NCBI RefSeq assembly: GCF_042660085.1
Contig: NZ_JBHSTI010000009.1
Span: 1-32,000, forward strand
Direction of reading: 5' to 3'
Source of the DNA: Longivirga aurantiaca
GTDB taxonomy: Bacteria > Actinomycetota > Actinomycetes > S36-B12 > CAIYMF01
Length of the DNA stretch: 32,000 bases
A program made the translations under genes and the position numbers. The stretch's first letter is position 1, and every line of letters begins with the position of its first letter. Shown here piece after piece: positions 1 to 9,507 of this stretch. Below the pieces are notes generated by a model. It saw nothing but the letters and a program-made list of their open reading frames with translations. It made no database searches and had not been told where the DNA came from.

Positions 1-1
1 G

Positions 2-136
2 CCGTTGACGCTGCTGCTGTTGAACCTGCTCAACTGGACGATCTTCTGGTACCGGCCGGAGATGTCGTTGTCGGGCGACCAGATCGCCGACCGGATGGTC
101 GACCTGTTCCTCAACGGCGCGGCAGCACCGGAATGA
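2..136 (+). CDS. TetR-family transcriptional regulator, C-terminal fragment (5' end outside window)
   Basis: Open frame from the window edge to TGA at 134-136. Translation PLTLLLLNLLNWTIFWYRPEMSLSGDQIADRMVDLFLNGAAAPE looks like the last helices of TetR/AcrR ligand domains (W-x-x-x-W-Y-R-P, then I-A-D...L-x-G). Only 44 codons are visible. Confidence 0.5.
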   Translation, partial: PLTLLLLNLLNWTIFWYRPEMSLSGDQIADRMVDLFLNGAAAPE

Positions 137-221
137 CCAGCAGCCCAGTTGTGGCACTGGCACACGCACTTCGGTTGCGCTGGAACCGTTCCCGCGCCCG
201 GGGACCCCGCGGATCCGCCAG

Positions 222-238
222 CCGACCGGTGCGGTCGG
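222..238. promoter_or_regulatory. 17-bp perfect inverted repeat CCGACCG-gtg-CGGTCGG (candidate operator, or terminator hairpin of the TetR gene)
   Basis: Read directly: 7-bp arms with a 3-nt centre. It lies 86 bp after the TetR stop and 13 bp upstream of the TTGACA at 251-256. Confidence 0.3.
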
Positions 239-250
239 TCGGGCGCTTGG

Positions 251-279
251 TTGACAAGAGCCGTAGCGGCCAATACGTT
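251..279 (+). promoter_or_regulatory. Candidate promoter of the BVMO operon: TTGACA (251-256), 17-bp spacer, TACGTT (274-279)
   Basis: Consensus -35 hexamer and a TAnnnT-type -10 at canonical spacing in the 324-bp intergenic region. The -35 is embedded in GCGCTTGgTTGACAAG, which shares GCGCTTG and TTGACA with the repeated cassette described below. Implies a leader of about 175 nt that contains a hairpin (342-348 pairs with 356-362). Confidence 0.4.
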
Positions 280-460
280 CCGGCAGTAAGGCGGCCCCAC
301 CCGCGCTCGTCCGGCGCCCTGATCTCCGACGATCGGGACGGCGGCACGGTCGAGGCGTGCCGACGGCACTGAGCCAGGCTCTCCCGACCCCAAGATCCGC
401 GACACACCTCTATCCCCGCACCAACGGCCCCGGCACCGGCCCGCACCCGAAGGATCCGCC

Positions 461-2086
461 ATGACGACACAGCCCACGCAGTCCACCGACTACGACGCCA
501 TCGTCATCGGTGCCGGTCCCGTCGGTCTCTACCAGCTCCACCTGCTGAGGGAACGAGGACTCTCAGTCAGAACCCTGGAGGCAGGCAGCGGTGTGGGCGG
601 AGCCTGGTACTGGAACCGTTATCCCGGAGCGCGGTTGGACTCGGAGAGCTACACCTATCAGTACTTCTTCAATCAGGAGCTGCTCGACGAGTGGAGCTGG
701 AGCGAGGAGTTCGTCACTCAGCCCGAGCTCGAGCGCTACTACAACTTCGTGGCCGACAAGCTGGACCTGCGGCCCTCGATCGACTTCGACACCCGTGTCG
801 TGTCCACGGTGTTCGACGAATCTACCCACCGGTGGACCCTCGCAACCGAGGACGGGCGTGCCTACACCGCCAAATACGTTGTCGCAGCCACCGGAATCCT
901 CTCGGTCCCCTACACCCCGGCGATCGAGGGGCTCGACAGCTTCCAGGGTCGGATGCTGCACACCGCAGTCTGGCCGCACGAGCCGCAATCGTTCGACGGC
1001 CGGCGCGTCGCTGTCATCGGAACGGGATCAACCGGGATCCAGATCATCCAGGCGCTGGGGCCCGTCGTGGGCGAGTTGACCGTCTTCCAGCGATCAGCGA
1101 ACTGGGCGACGCCCCTGAACAACTCCCCGATCAGTGCCGAGCGGATGGCCGAGCTCCGTGCCGCCTACCCGGATATCCGCGACCGTACGCAGTCGACCTC
1201 GCAGTGCTTCAACATCGAGAGCTTGACAGAAGGCGCGCTCGACGTCTCGGAGGAGGAGCGACGGGCTCACTTCGAGAAGCTCTGGAACATGCCTGGATTG
1301 GTCTTCCTGACGCACAACTTCGCGGACGTCATGATCAACGAAGAGGCCAACGACACCGTCGTCGCCTACCTCACCGAGAAGATCAAGCAGCGCGTGAACG
1401 ACCCTGAGGTCGCACGCAAGCTCATCCCGGACCACCGTTTCGGTCAGAAGCGTCCGCCCCTCGAGGTGGGCTACTACGAGGTGTTCAACCAGGACAACGT
1501 CGAGCTCGTGAACCTGGGTGAAGAGGCGATCTTGCGCGTCACCGCGACCGGTATCCAGACCACCGAGCGCCACCTCGAGTTCGACGACATCATTCTCGCC
1601 ACCGGTTTCGATGCCCTGGCGGGATCGTTCAACAAGCTGGGCATCGTCGGTTCAGGCGGCGTCGCGCTGGAGGACTGGTGGAGCGACGGGCCGCGCACCT
1701 ACCTCGGGCTGACTGTCCACCACTTCCCGAACCTGTTCATGGTGGGCCCGCAGGGAGTGGGCGGGAACTTCCCCGCAAGCGCGAAGGGCCCCGTCGACTG
1801 GATCACCCAGACGATCGCGGACGCCGAGAGCGACGGTGTCGCGCGAATCGAGGCCACCCACTCGGCGGAGCAGGAGTGGGTCGACATGATCAACGCCACG
1901 CTGCAGATCACCGTTCTCAAGGATGCGCAGTCGTGGATCACCGGTCACAACATCCCGGGCAAGGTGAAGACGAACTTCACCGCGTACCTCATGCCCATGT
2001 TCATGTACAAGGACAAGCTCGCGAGCGTCCGTGCGAACGGGTACGAGGGGTTCGACCGCCAGGCCTCTGCAGATGCTCCGTCCTGA
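461..2086 (+). CDS. Type I Baeyer-Villiger monooxygenase (FAD/NADPH-dependent, cyclohexanone/steroid monooxygenase family)
   Basis: 541 aa. N-terminal GxGxxG (VIGAGPVG), BVMO fingerprint FxGxxxHxxxWP (FQGRMLHTAVWP) and a second Rossmann motif (VIGTGSTG). GAAGGA RBS upstream. Confidence 0.93.
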   Translation: MTTQPTQSTDYDAIVIGAGPVGLYQLHLLRERGLSVRTLEAGSGVGGAWYWNRYPGARLDSESYTYQYFFNQELLDEWSWSEEFVTQPELERYYNFVADKLDLRPSIDFDTRVVSTVFDESTHRWTLATEDGRAYTAKYVVAATGILSVPYTPAIEGLDSFQGRMLHTAVWPHEPQSFDGRRVAVIGTGSTGIQIIQALGPVVGELTVFQRSANWATPLNNSPISAERMAELRAAYPDIRDRTQSTSQCFNIESLTEGALDVSEEERRAHFEKLWNMPGLVFLTHNFADVMINEEANDTVVAYLTEKIKQRVNDPEVARKLIPDHRFGQKRPPLEVGYYEVFNQDNVELVNLGEEAILRVTATGIQTTERHLEFDDIILATGFDALAGSFNKLGIVGSGGVALEDWWSDGPRTYLGLTVHHFPNLFMVGPQGVGGNFPASAKGPVDWITQTIADAESDGVARIEATHSAEQEWVDMINATLQITVLKDAQSWITGHNIPGKVKTNFTAYLMPMFMYKDKLASVRANGYEGFDRQASADAPS

Positions 2087-2143
2087 CATGAGTGAGATCG
2101 CCACCAACCAGTCGACCGCATACCTCCCGGAAGGCAGTAGGAC

Positions 2144-3310
2144 GTGACCCGGGCAGCCATAGTCGGGATCGGACAGACGGAGTTCACCGACGGCAGCGAC
2201 CCGCGCTCGGGCCTCGAGCTCGCGGCCGAGGCGATCATCGCGGCGGCGGACGACGCCGGGATCCCCGTCTCCGACATCGACGGGATCGTGAAGTACACGC
2301 TGGACCCCTCGGCCTCCCTGGAGATGCTTTCTGCGAACCTCGGCCTGAAGGAGATGAGCTTCTTCGCGGAGACGCCGATCGGTGGCGGGGCCAACTGCAC
2401 CACGATGCAGCTCGCGGCAATGGCGGTCGAGGCGGGATACGCCCAGTACGTGGTCGGTTTCCGTGCCTTCACCTCCGTCGACTACGGCGAGGGTCTTCGT
2501 CGCAACCCCGCATGGCTCTGGGCGAGCGAGGTCGGAGTGAAGGAGGTCGCCCGTATCCACGGGTTCGGTGCGATCTCGCAGAGCTTCGCCCTTCAGGCGA
2601 CGAGGCACATGTACGAGTTCGGGACGACGGAGGCGCAGTTCGGCTCGCTCATCCAGTCGGCCACGACGTACTCGGCGAACAATCCGAACGCCCTGCGCAA
2701 GAAGCGCATCACGGTCGACGAGTACCTCCAGACGCCGTTCGTGACGTCGCCGCTCCGCGACCTCGACATCTTCCAGCCGAGTTCCGGTGCCTGTGCCGTC
2801 ATCGTGAGCACTCAGGAGCGTGCGCGTGATCTCCGGCAGAAGCCGGTGCGCATCCTTGAGGCCGTTTCCGGGTCCGCGGACAAGGTGCCTCCCTACTGGG
2901 AGCTGTGGCCGCTGCGCCGCGGCGACATCACCAACGGAGCGCCTCTGACAATCGCCCCGAAACTGTACGGCCGGGCAGGGATATCGCCCGCAGACGTGGA
3001 CGTCGCCGAGCTGTACGACTGCTTCAGCTTCACGGTCATGATGGCGCTCGAGGCCTATGGCTTCTGTGAGTACGGCGGCAGTGGTGCGTTCATCGAGGCG
3101 GGCAACATCGCCATCGACGGTGCGATCCCGGTGAACACTCACGGCGGGCACCTGGCAGAGGCATACATCCACGGCTACAACCACATCGTGGAAGCCGTGC
3201 GTCAGATTCGTGGCACCTCGTACAACCAGGTCGAGGATGCCGAGATCGCGCTGGTTACCGGCGGCCCGGGCTTCGCCTCGAGCGCCATGCTGCTGTCGAA
3301 GGACTCATGA
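2144..3310 (+). CDS. Thiolase-fold protein, SCP-x / lipid-transfer-protein (Ltp) type
   Basis: 388 aa, GTG start. MTRAAIVGIGQTEF N-terminus and C-terminal NTHGGHLAEAYIHG are typical of nonspecific lipid-transfer/Ltp-type thiolases. The stop overlaps the DUF35 gene start (ATGA). Confidence 0.85.
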   Translation: MTRAAIVGIGQTEFTDGSDPRSGLELAAEAIIAAADDAGIPVSDIDGIVKYTLDPSASLEMLSANLGLKEMSFFAETPIGGGANCTTMQLAAMAVEAGYAQYVVGFRAFTSVDYGEGLRRNPAWLWASEVGVKEVARIHGFGAISQSFALQATRHMYEFGTTEAQFGSLIQSATTYSANNPNALRKKRITVDEYLQTPFVTSPLRDLDIFQPSSGACAVIVSTQERARDLRQKPVRILEAVSGSADKVPPYWELWPLRRGDITNGAPLTIAPKLYGRAGISPADVDVAELYDCFSFTVMMALEAYGFCEYGGSGAFIEAGNIAIDGAIPVNTHGGHLAEAYIHGYNHIVEAVRQIRGTSYNQVEDAEIALVTGGPGFASSAMLLSKDS

Positions 3311-3732
3311 TGCGAACCAGCCTGACGCCGCGCGTCCATCCCGAGTTCGAGGGGTTCTGGGAGGGCTGCCGGGTCGGCGAACTCCGCGTCCAGCAGTGCA
3401 CGGACTGCCAGGAGGTGCGATTCCCACCGCAACCGCTCTGCCCCGCGTGCCAGTCCCGGAGGCGTCAGTGGGTGCCCGTCGCCGGGACGGGGACGGTGTA
3501 CACGTTCAGCATCAACACCGGCCAGGGCGCCGCCGGCGCCATCCTCCCGGGGGAGCACGGCTTTCCCTACGCCGTCGCTGTCATCGAGCTCGACAGCGGT
3601 CCTCGGATGTACTCCGACTTCGACACCGTCGACCTTCCGCGGCTGAAGATCGGCGCTCGGGTCCAGGTTGTGTTCGAGGACATCGGCGGAGGCATGGTCG
3701 GACCCAACTTCGTTCTGACGGACCCCTCGTGA
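3307..3732 (+). CDS. DUF35 Zn-ribbon/OB-fold protein (partner of Ltp-type thiolases)
   Basis: 141 aa. Rubredoxin-like CxxC...CxxC (CTDCQEVRFPPQPLCPAC) followed by an OB-fold-like segment. Translationally coupled to the preceding thiolase gene. Confidence 0.85.
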   Translation: MMRTSLTPRVHPEFEGFWEGCRVGELRVQQCTDCQEVRFPPQPLCPACQSRRRQWVPVAGTGTVYTFSINTGQGAAGAILPGEHGFPYAVAVIELDSGPRMYSDFDTVDLPRLKIGARVQVVFEDIGGGMVGPNFVLTDPS

Positions 3733-3772
3733 GCCGGCCTCATCGGGCGGCACGCGGTACGGCGATCCGCCC

Positions 3773-4642
3773 ATGAAGATCGGTGTGATGGCCCTGTGCA
3801 CCGACGAGTCGGTGTCGGTCCCCGAGCTTGCGACCAGTGCGGAAAGCCGGGGGTTCCACTCCCTGTATCTGGGTGAGCACACTCACCAGCCGGTGGCGAT
3901 GGCCTCCCAGTACCCCATGGGGACGCCGCCGACGGGCATGCGGCGGATGGTCGACCCGCTCATCGCCTTGGCGGCCGCTGCGACAGTCACCACGACGATC
4001 GAGCTGGGGACTGCCGTAATGCTTCCCGCCCAGCACGATGCGCTCGTGTGCGCCAAGCAGGTCGCCACCCTGGACTTCATCTCCCGGGGTCGCGTCGTCC
4101 TCGGCGTCGGCTTCGGCTGGAACGACGAAGAGATGATGAATCACGGCGTCAATCCCAAGCGCCGGCGGGCGGCCCTGCGCGAGCACATGCTGGCGATGGA
4201 GGCGTTGTGGCGGGAGGAGTCCGCCGCTGCTGAGGGCGAGCGCGTCTCGTTCAGCGAGGCCTGGCAGTGGCCGAAGCCCTGGATGCGCGAACGACCGACG
4301 GTCCTGATGGGTGCCGCCCCTGGCCCCAACACCTACCAGCACATCGCTGAGTACTGCGACGGCTGGATGCCCGTTGCGGGCTCCGACCTCCCCCGCCAGC
4401 TCCCGCTCCTGCGCCGGGCGTTCGAGGACGCCGGCCGTGATCCGGACTCGTTGGAGGTCTGCGTCCTCGGCTGCCCGCCGGTGCCGAAGGCACTCGACAG
4501 GTACGCATCCCTCGGGGTGCAGCGGGTCATCTTCCCGCTCCCGATCCTGGAGCGAGGCAAGACCATCGACACCGTGAGCCGCGACGACGCTGAGCGGGCG
4601 ATGGACCAGCTGCAGGAACTACTCACGCACGTGTCGCCCTGA
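3773..4642 (+). CDS. Luciferase-like monooxygenase (LLM) class, probable F420-dependent oxidoreductase
   Basis: 289 aa. MKIGV...GFHSLYLGEHTH...LGVGFGWN pattern is typical of actinobacterial LLM-class F420 enzymes. Confidence 0.82.
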   Translation: MKIGVMALCTDESVSVPELATSAESRGFHSLYLGEHTHQPVAMASQYPMGTPPTGMRRMVDPLIALAAAATVTTTIELGTAVMLPAQHDALVCAKQVATLDFISRGRVVLGVGFGWNDEEMMNHGVNPKRRRAALREHMLAMEALWREESAAAEGERVSFSEAWQWPKPWMRERPTVLMGAAPGPNTYQHIAEYCDGWMPVAGSDLPRQLPLLRRAFEDAGRDPDSLEVCVLGCPPVPKALDRYASLGVQRVIFPLPILERGKTIDTVSRDDAERAMDQLQELLTHVSP

Positions 4643-4670
4643 CGGGCTTCGAGCGGAAGGTGGGCACATC

Positions 4671-5411
4671 ATGACGGACAAGGTGGCGATCGTCTCGGGT
4701 GCGAGCGGTGGCATCGGTGAAGCATGCGCGAGGGCGCTGCTGCGGAGCGGGGCCAGAGTCATGCTGGCCGACGTCACCGAGGCCGCCGGGCGGGCCGTCG
4801 CGGCCGAGTACGGGGAGGCGGCGCTCTTCATGCCCCTCGACGTCTCATCCGAGTCCGGCTGGGAAGAGGTGTGGTCTGCGGCGCGCGAGGCGTTCGGAGC
4901 GCCCACGATGCTCGTCAACGCAGCGGGCATCATCCGACGCGGCCCGATGCTCGAGGTCAGCGCTGAGGAGTTCATGGCCGTCACATCGGTCAACCAGCTG
5001 GGGACGTTCCTCGGGCTCAAGGTGGCAGGGCGCAAGATGGGTGCTTCCGGGGGCGGCTCCATCGTGAACATCGGCTCGATCGCGGCGGTCAAAGGGCTTG
5101 CGGGCTCCTTCGCCTACGGCGCCTCCAAGTGGGCGGTCCGCGGCATGACGTTCGCGGCAGCGAATGAGCTCGGCCCGTTGGGCATCCGTGTCAACTGCGT
5201 CAACCCGGGGCCGATCAGGACCGCGATGACAGCTCACTACGACGAGCGCATGTTCGCCGGGGCACCGCTTCGACGGATGGGAGACCCCGCGGAGGTCGCC
5301 GAGGTGGTGCTCTTCCTCCTGTCCGAGGGTGCCAGCTTTGTCACCGGCACCGAGCTGATGGTCGACGGCGGTGTGTCCGTCCCGGCAGCGGTGCTTCCCC
5401 CGCCGAGCTAG
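4671..5411 (+). CDS. SDR-family oxidoreductase (classical)
   Basis: 246 aa. Cofactor motif SGASGGIG, catalytic YGASK, PG motif NPGPIRT. Confidence 0.9.
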   Translation: MTDKVAIVSGASGGIGEACARALLRSGARVMLADVTEAAGRAVAAEYGEAALFMPLDVSSESGWEEVWSAAREAFGAPTMLVNAAGIIRRGPMLEVSAEEFMAVTSVNQLGTFLGLKVAGRKMGASGGGSIVNIGSIAAVKGLAGSFAYGASKWAVRGMTFAAANELGPLGIRVNCVNPGPIRTAMTAHYDERMFAGAPLRRMGDPAEVAEVVLFLLSEGASFVTGTELMVDGGVSVPAAVLPPPS

Positions 5412-5468
5412 AGGTACGTCGACTCCGCATCCAGCCACAACCAGCACGCGATTCGGAAGACGAGGGAC

Positions 5469-7031
5469 ATGGCCATTCGAGTGCAGGGCAAGTACGAGGC
5501 GCTGATCCGGGAACGGGCGGCGACTGATGCCCACGACGTGTGGCTCAAGTTCCGTGACGAGACCTACTCGTGGAGCGACGTCCTTTCCGCGATGTCCCGA
5601 GTCGCCAACGGCCTGCTCGAGTTGGGCGTCCGGCCCGGGGACCGCGTCATGATCGTGATGAGCAACCGACCGGAGTTTCTCTGGTCGCACCTCGGGATCA
5701 TCATGATCGGGGCCCATTCGGTCCCGGTCAGCACGCAGCAGCGGGGCGAGACCCTCCGGCACATGATCGTCGACTCCAGGGCGAAAGCGATCCTCGTCGA
5801 GGGGGACTACCTCCCCCATGTGCTCGCAGCCTCTCAAGGTGTCGAGACGCTTCAGCACATCGTCGGACTGGGCACGGCTCCGAGCCATGCCGCGCCCGTG
5901 ACCTTTGAGCGACTCTTCGCCTCTCCCGACACCGAGCCCGACGTAGACCTTTCCGACGCGCCGGGCGGCAGTGGCTTGATCTACACGTCCGGGACGACGG
6001 GCCCGCCGAAGGGAGTCGTCGCGACCGCGTACGACTTCGGGCCGATGGAGTTGGTGCTGCGCGCCTCGGGCGTGCAGCCGGGCGAGACCATGTACGCCGC
6101 TACGCCTCTGTACCACGGCAACGCGCTCCTGGTGCAGGCCATGGGCTCGATCACGGTGGGAGCGAAGTTCGCCCTCGGGGAGCGCTTCAGCGCCTCGCGG
6201 TGGTGGGACGAGATCAGGCGCTACGACGCGGTCGAGTTCAACGCGGTAGGTGCGATGATCCCCATCCTCCTTAAGCAGCCTGCGCGATCCGACGATGCGG
6301 ACAACCCGGTGAGGGCCCTGCTGTCCATGGCCTGCCCTGCCGATTCGTGGCGAGAGTTCGAGCGTCGCTTCGGGGTCCGCATCATCGAGACCTACGGCAT
6401 GGTGGACGCGGTCGGCAGCCTCCTCAACGACGTCGGGAAGGTCGGCTCGGTGGGCAAGCCGGTTCCGGGCGTCGAGTACCGCATCGTCGATGACGAGGAC
6501 CGGGCCCTGGGTCCGGGCGAGGTCGGCGAGATCACCTTCAGACACGCCAAGGGTCAGATGACCGACTACGAGAACAGGCCTGAGGAGACGGCGCACGCCT
6601 ATCGCGGCGGCTGGTTTCACTCGGGTGATCTGGGTGAGTACGACGAGGACGGCTTCTACTACTACCGAGGCCGCAAGAAGGAGTCGATGCGTCGACGGGG
6701 GGTCAACGTCTCGGCATGGGAGATCGAGTCCGTCCTCATCAGCCACCCGGACGTTCTTGAGGTGGCCGCCCACGCGGTCCCCTCACCGCTGGGTGAGGAC
6801 GACATCAAGGTGGTCATCCGTCCCGTCGACGCCTCGACCCTCACGCCCGAGGACGTGCTCCGCTTCTGCGAAGGGCGAATGGCGTACCAGGCCATCCCCC
6901 GGTACGTGGAGTTCGTCGAGGAGGTCCCGAAGACCCCGACCCAGAGGCCGATGTACGGCGTGCTCAAGGAGCGGGGCCTGACGCCGGCCACCTGGGACCG
7001 CGAGGCAGCCGGGTTCGAGGTCCGACGATGA
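5469..7031 (+). CDS. AMP-dependent acyl-CoA synthetase/ligase (FadD-like)
   Basis: 520 aa. AMP-binding signature YTSGTTGPPKGV, plus GWFHSGD and a C-terminal K-containing motif. Confidence 0.9.
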   Translation: MAIRVQGKYEALIRERAATDAHDVWLKFRDETYSWSDVLSAMSRVANGLLELGVRPGDRVMIVMSNRPEFLWSHLGIIMIGAHSVPVSTQQRGETLRHMIVDSRAKAILVEGDYLPHVLAASQGVETLQHIVGLGTAPSHAAPVTFERLFASPDTEPDVDLSDAPGGSGLIYTSGTTGPPKGVVATAYDFGPMELVLRASGVQPGETMYAATPLYHGNALLVQAMGSITVGAKFALGERFSASRWWDEIRRYDAVEFNAVGAMIPILLKQPARSDDADNPVRALLSMACPADSWREFERRFGVRIIETYGMVDAVGSLLNDVGKVGSVGKPVPGVEYRIVDDEDRALGPGEVGEITFRHAKGQMTDYENRPEETAHAYRGGWFHSGDLGEYDEDGFYYYRGRKKESMRRRGVNVSAWEIESVLISHPDVLEVAAHAVPSPLGEDDIKVVIRPVDASTLTPEDVLRFCEGRMAYQAIPRYVEFVEEVPKTPTQRPMYGVLKERGLTPATWDREAAGFEVRR

Positions 7032-7092
7032 GCCGGCCGACCCTGATTCCCGTGCGTTCGCAGCCGTCCATCAACCGAGAGCAGGAGCAGTC

Positions 7093-7986
7093 ATGACTAC
7101 CTCGACCACAGGAAACTGGGGACGCTGGGGCGCCGACGACGAGCGGGGCGCCCTCAACCATCTCAGTGCCGAGACAGTGCTCGCCGCGGCCCAAAGCATC
7201 CGTACTGGCCGCGTCTACCAGCTCGGCACTGTCCTCCATCGCGAGGGACTGCCGACCCTCGCGCATCGCGGTGTCCCTCGCCGTTTCACTCTCCTGAACC
7301 ACTCGGACCGCGGGTGGTTCGAGGGCATCGGGGCGCCCCCTGAGCTCGGCTGGTCCGAAGACGTGATCATGCTGGCGACCCACTCGGGGACGCATCTGGA
7401 CGCGCTGTGCCACGTCGACCATGGCGGCGAGATGTACAACGGCTACCCCAAGGAGGGCTTCACCTCCCTCGACGGCGCAGCCAAGTGCGGGATCGAGAAG
7501 ACCGGAGCGTTCGCCGCGCGGGGAGTCCTCGTGGACGTCGCAGCCCACAAGGGCGTGCCGCTCCTGCCGCCCGTCGCCATCACGCTCGAGGACTTCCTCG
7601 AGACGCTCGAGGCGCAGGGCAGCGATGTCAGACCCGGTGACGTCGTAGCCGTGCGCACCGGTTGGCTCGAGCACTGCCTCGCCAGCGGCGGCGAGCTCGA
7701 GTTCGAGCAGCCGGGAATCGGTCTGGACGTGGCCCGGTGGCTGGCCGAGCACGACGTGACCGCGGTAGGGGCGGACAACAGCAGTGTCGAGGTGATGCCG
7801 TGGGACGGCGACGAGTTCCTGGGCACACACCTCGAGCTGCTTGTCCGCCACGGCATCTACCTGATGGAGCACCTGTGGTTGCAGGAGCTGTCACAGGATC
7901 GGCGCTACGACTTCCTCTTTTGCGTGTCACCGCTGCTCGTCAAGGGTGCGACCGGGAGCCCGGTCAATCCCATCGCGATCGGCTGA
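7093..7986 (+). CDS. Cyclase-family metal-dependent hydrolase (kynurenine formamidase/isatin hydrolase fold)
   Basis: 297 aa. HSGTHLDALCH matches the HxGTHxDxPxH-type cyclase-family motif. N-terminal WGRWGADDERGALN. Confidence 0.8.
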   Translation: MTTSTTGNWGRWGADDERGALNHLSAETVLAAAQSIRTGRVYQLGTVLHREGLPTLAHRGVPRRFTLLNHSDRGWFEGIGAPPELGWSEDVIMLATHSGTHLDALCHVDHGGEMYNGYPKEGFTSLDGAAKCGIEKTGAFAARGVLVDVAAHKGVPLLPPVAITLEDFLETLEAQGSDVRPGDVVAVRTGWLEHCLASGGELEFEQPGIGLDVARWLAEHDVTAVGADNSSVEVMPWDGDEFLGTHLELLVRHGIYLMEHLWLQELSQDRRYDFLFCVSPLLVKGATGSPVNPIAIG

Positions 7987-8029
7987 TCCGAACCCCCGAC
8001 GATCTGAACCCCAACAAGGAGCGCGGCAC

Positions 8030-8608
8030 ATGAGCAACGACAGCGCAATCGACGAGCTGCTCGCCAAGGAGCAGATTCGCTACCAGATGGCGGTGTACGC
8101 CCGCGGCATCGACCGCCGTGACGAGGAGCTCCTCAAGCAGGTGTACCACGAGGACTCGTTCGACGATCACGGCTACGGGCTCCAGGCCTCAGGCCACGTC
8201 TTCGCCACCCTCGTCCGCCGCGATGGCAACGGATTCCCGAACGAGTGGACCCAGACCGGGCACGTGCTGGGGCAGCACCTCATCGAGGTTGACGGGGATA
8301 GCGCCAGGAGCGAGGTGTACTTCAACTCTGTGCAGATCTCCGAGCACGAGGGTGAGCAGATCTTCCTGTACGCCGCTGGGCGCTACATCGACGAGTGGGA
8401 GCGCCGCAACGACGGCATCTTCCGCATCGCCAAGCGTCAGGTGATCTACGACTACGGACGCACCGACACCGTGTCGACGCCGTGGCCCGGCCCGGACCCG
8501 CAGGTACCGAAGATGTTCTGGGGAGGTCCCACGATCGACGGCTCGGCCACGGCCTTCGGCACCGGTGGCCCGGACGACCCCAGCTACCGCGTCTTCCCGC
8601 AGGGATGA
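8030..8608 (+). CDS. NTF2-like / SnoaL_4-type protein
   Basis: Internal ATG at 8030 chosen over 7946 because AAGGAG lies 8 nt upstream. IDELLAKEQIRYQMAVYARGIDRRDEELLKQVYHED is typical of SnoaL-like NTF2 folds. Confidence 0.7.
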   Translation: MSNDSAIDELLAKEQIRYQMAVYARGIDRRDEELLKQVYHEDSFDDHGYGLQASGHVFATLVRRDGNGFPNEWTQTGHVLGQHLIEVDGDSARSEVYFNSVQISEHEGEQIFLYAAGRYIDEWERRNDGIFRIAKRQVIYDYGRTDTVSTPWPGPDPQVPKMFWGGPTIDGSATAFGTGGPDDPSYRVFPQG

Positions 8609-8636
8609 GCCGCCAGGCTCGGGGGAGGTCACGATC

Positions 8637-9491
8637 ATGAGCGGTCAGCTCGACGGCAAGGTGGCGATCGTCACCGGCGGCGCGAGCGGCATCGGCGAGG
8701 GCACCGTAGAGCTGTTCGTCGAGCATGGTGCCCAGGTGGTGATCGCCGACGTCTCCGCCGATGCGGGCAAGGCCCTGGCCGCCCGCCTCGGCGACGCGGC
8801 TCACTTCGTCCGGACCGACGTGACGGAGTCCGACCAGGTCGAGGCTGCGGTCGCGGCCGCGGTCGAGCGGTTCGGTCGACTCGACGTGATGTACAACAAC
8901 GCGGCGTCGGGGGGCGACACGTCGTCGCTCCTCGACCTGTCGCCCGAAGGTCTGGACTCCACGCTGCGTCTCGTGGTGGCCTCGGTCGTGTACGGGCACC
9001 GCTTCGCAGCGAAGCAGTTCATCGCGCAGGGCACGCCGGGGTCGATCATCACCACCGCCAGCGGTGCGTCCTTCGCGGGAGGGTGGTCCGCTGCGGCGTA
9101 CACGATCGGCAAGCATGCGGTGGTCGGAGTCGTCCGGCAGGCGGCGTACGAGCTGGGGCAGTACGGCATCCGCAGCAACGCTGTCGCACCCGGCATGACC
9201 ATGACGCCGATCATGGTGAAGTACTTCGGCCTCCCGGACGAGCTCGCACCGGAGTTCATTGACTACGTCGCCGACGCGCTGAAGGACCAGCAGCCGCTGG
9301 GCCGCGTGGGTCGGCCCAGGGATATCGCCCAGGCCGCGCTGTTCCTCGCGAGTGACTCATCCGCCTTCATGACGGGGACTGTGATCCCCGTTGACGGCGG
9401 CATGGTCGCCGTCACCCAGAGCACCCTCATCCCGAGCCTGGCGGCTGCGGCCGGCTCGTTCGCAGACGAGCACGGCATCACTCGAGCCTGA
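8637..9491 (+). CDS. SDR-family oxidoreductase
   Basis: ATG at 8637 preceded by GGGGGAGG. TGGASGIG, YTIGK and APG motifs present. Confidence 0.9.
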   Translation: MSGQLDGKVAIVTGGASGIGEGTVELFVEHGAQVVIADVSADAGKALAARLGDAAHFVRTDVTESDQVEAAVAAAVERFGRLDVMYNNAASGGDTSSLLDLSPEGLDSTLRLVVASVVYGHRFAAKQFIAQGTPGSIITTASGASFAGGWSAAAYTIGKHAVVGVVRQAAYELGQYGIRSNAVAPGMTMTPIMVKYFGLPDELAPEFIDYVADALKDQQPLGRVGRPRDIAQAALFLASDSSAFMTGTVIPVDGGMVAVTQSTLIPSLAAAAGSFADEHGITRA

Positions 9492-9507
9492 CCCCCCGGA
9501 GGACCTG

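Noticed and set aside
449-458. GAAGGATCCG occurs upstream of both the BVMO start (449-458) and the VOC start (27649-27658)
   Set aside because: This is a 10-nt match containing an RBS-like GAAGGA. It is most simply a coincidence between ribosome-binding regions.
111-470. ORFs 133-372 (+) and 111-470 (-) in the TetR-BVMO intergenic region
   Set aside because: Both have Arg-rich low-complexity translations, no RBS and no coding-like third-position bias. The region is better explained as promoter plus leader.
1652-3184. 510-aa ORF antisense to the BVMO and thiolase genes. Similar long antisense or off-frame ORFs occur at 4845-6773 (-), 22446-23909 (-), 23789-25357 (-), 27069-28487 (-), 28949-30637 (-), 10207-11433 (+), 16254-17357 (-) and 17442-18668 (-).
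   Set aside because: Their translations are Arg/Pro/Gly/Ala/His-rich with no motifs, as expected for stop-poor alternative frames in very GC-rich DNA. Each overlaps a motif-bearing gene on the other strand or frame.
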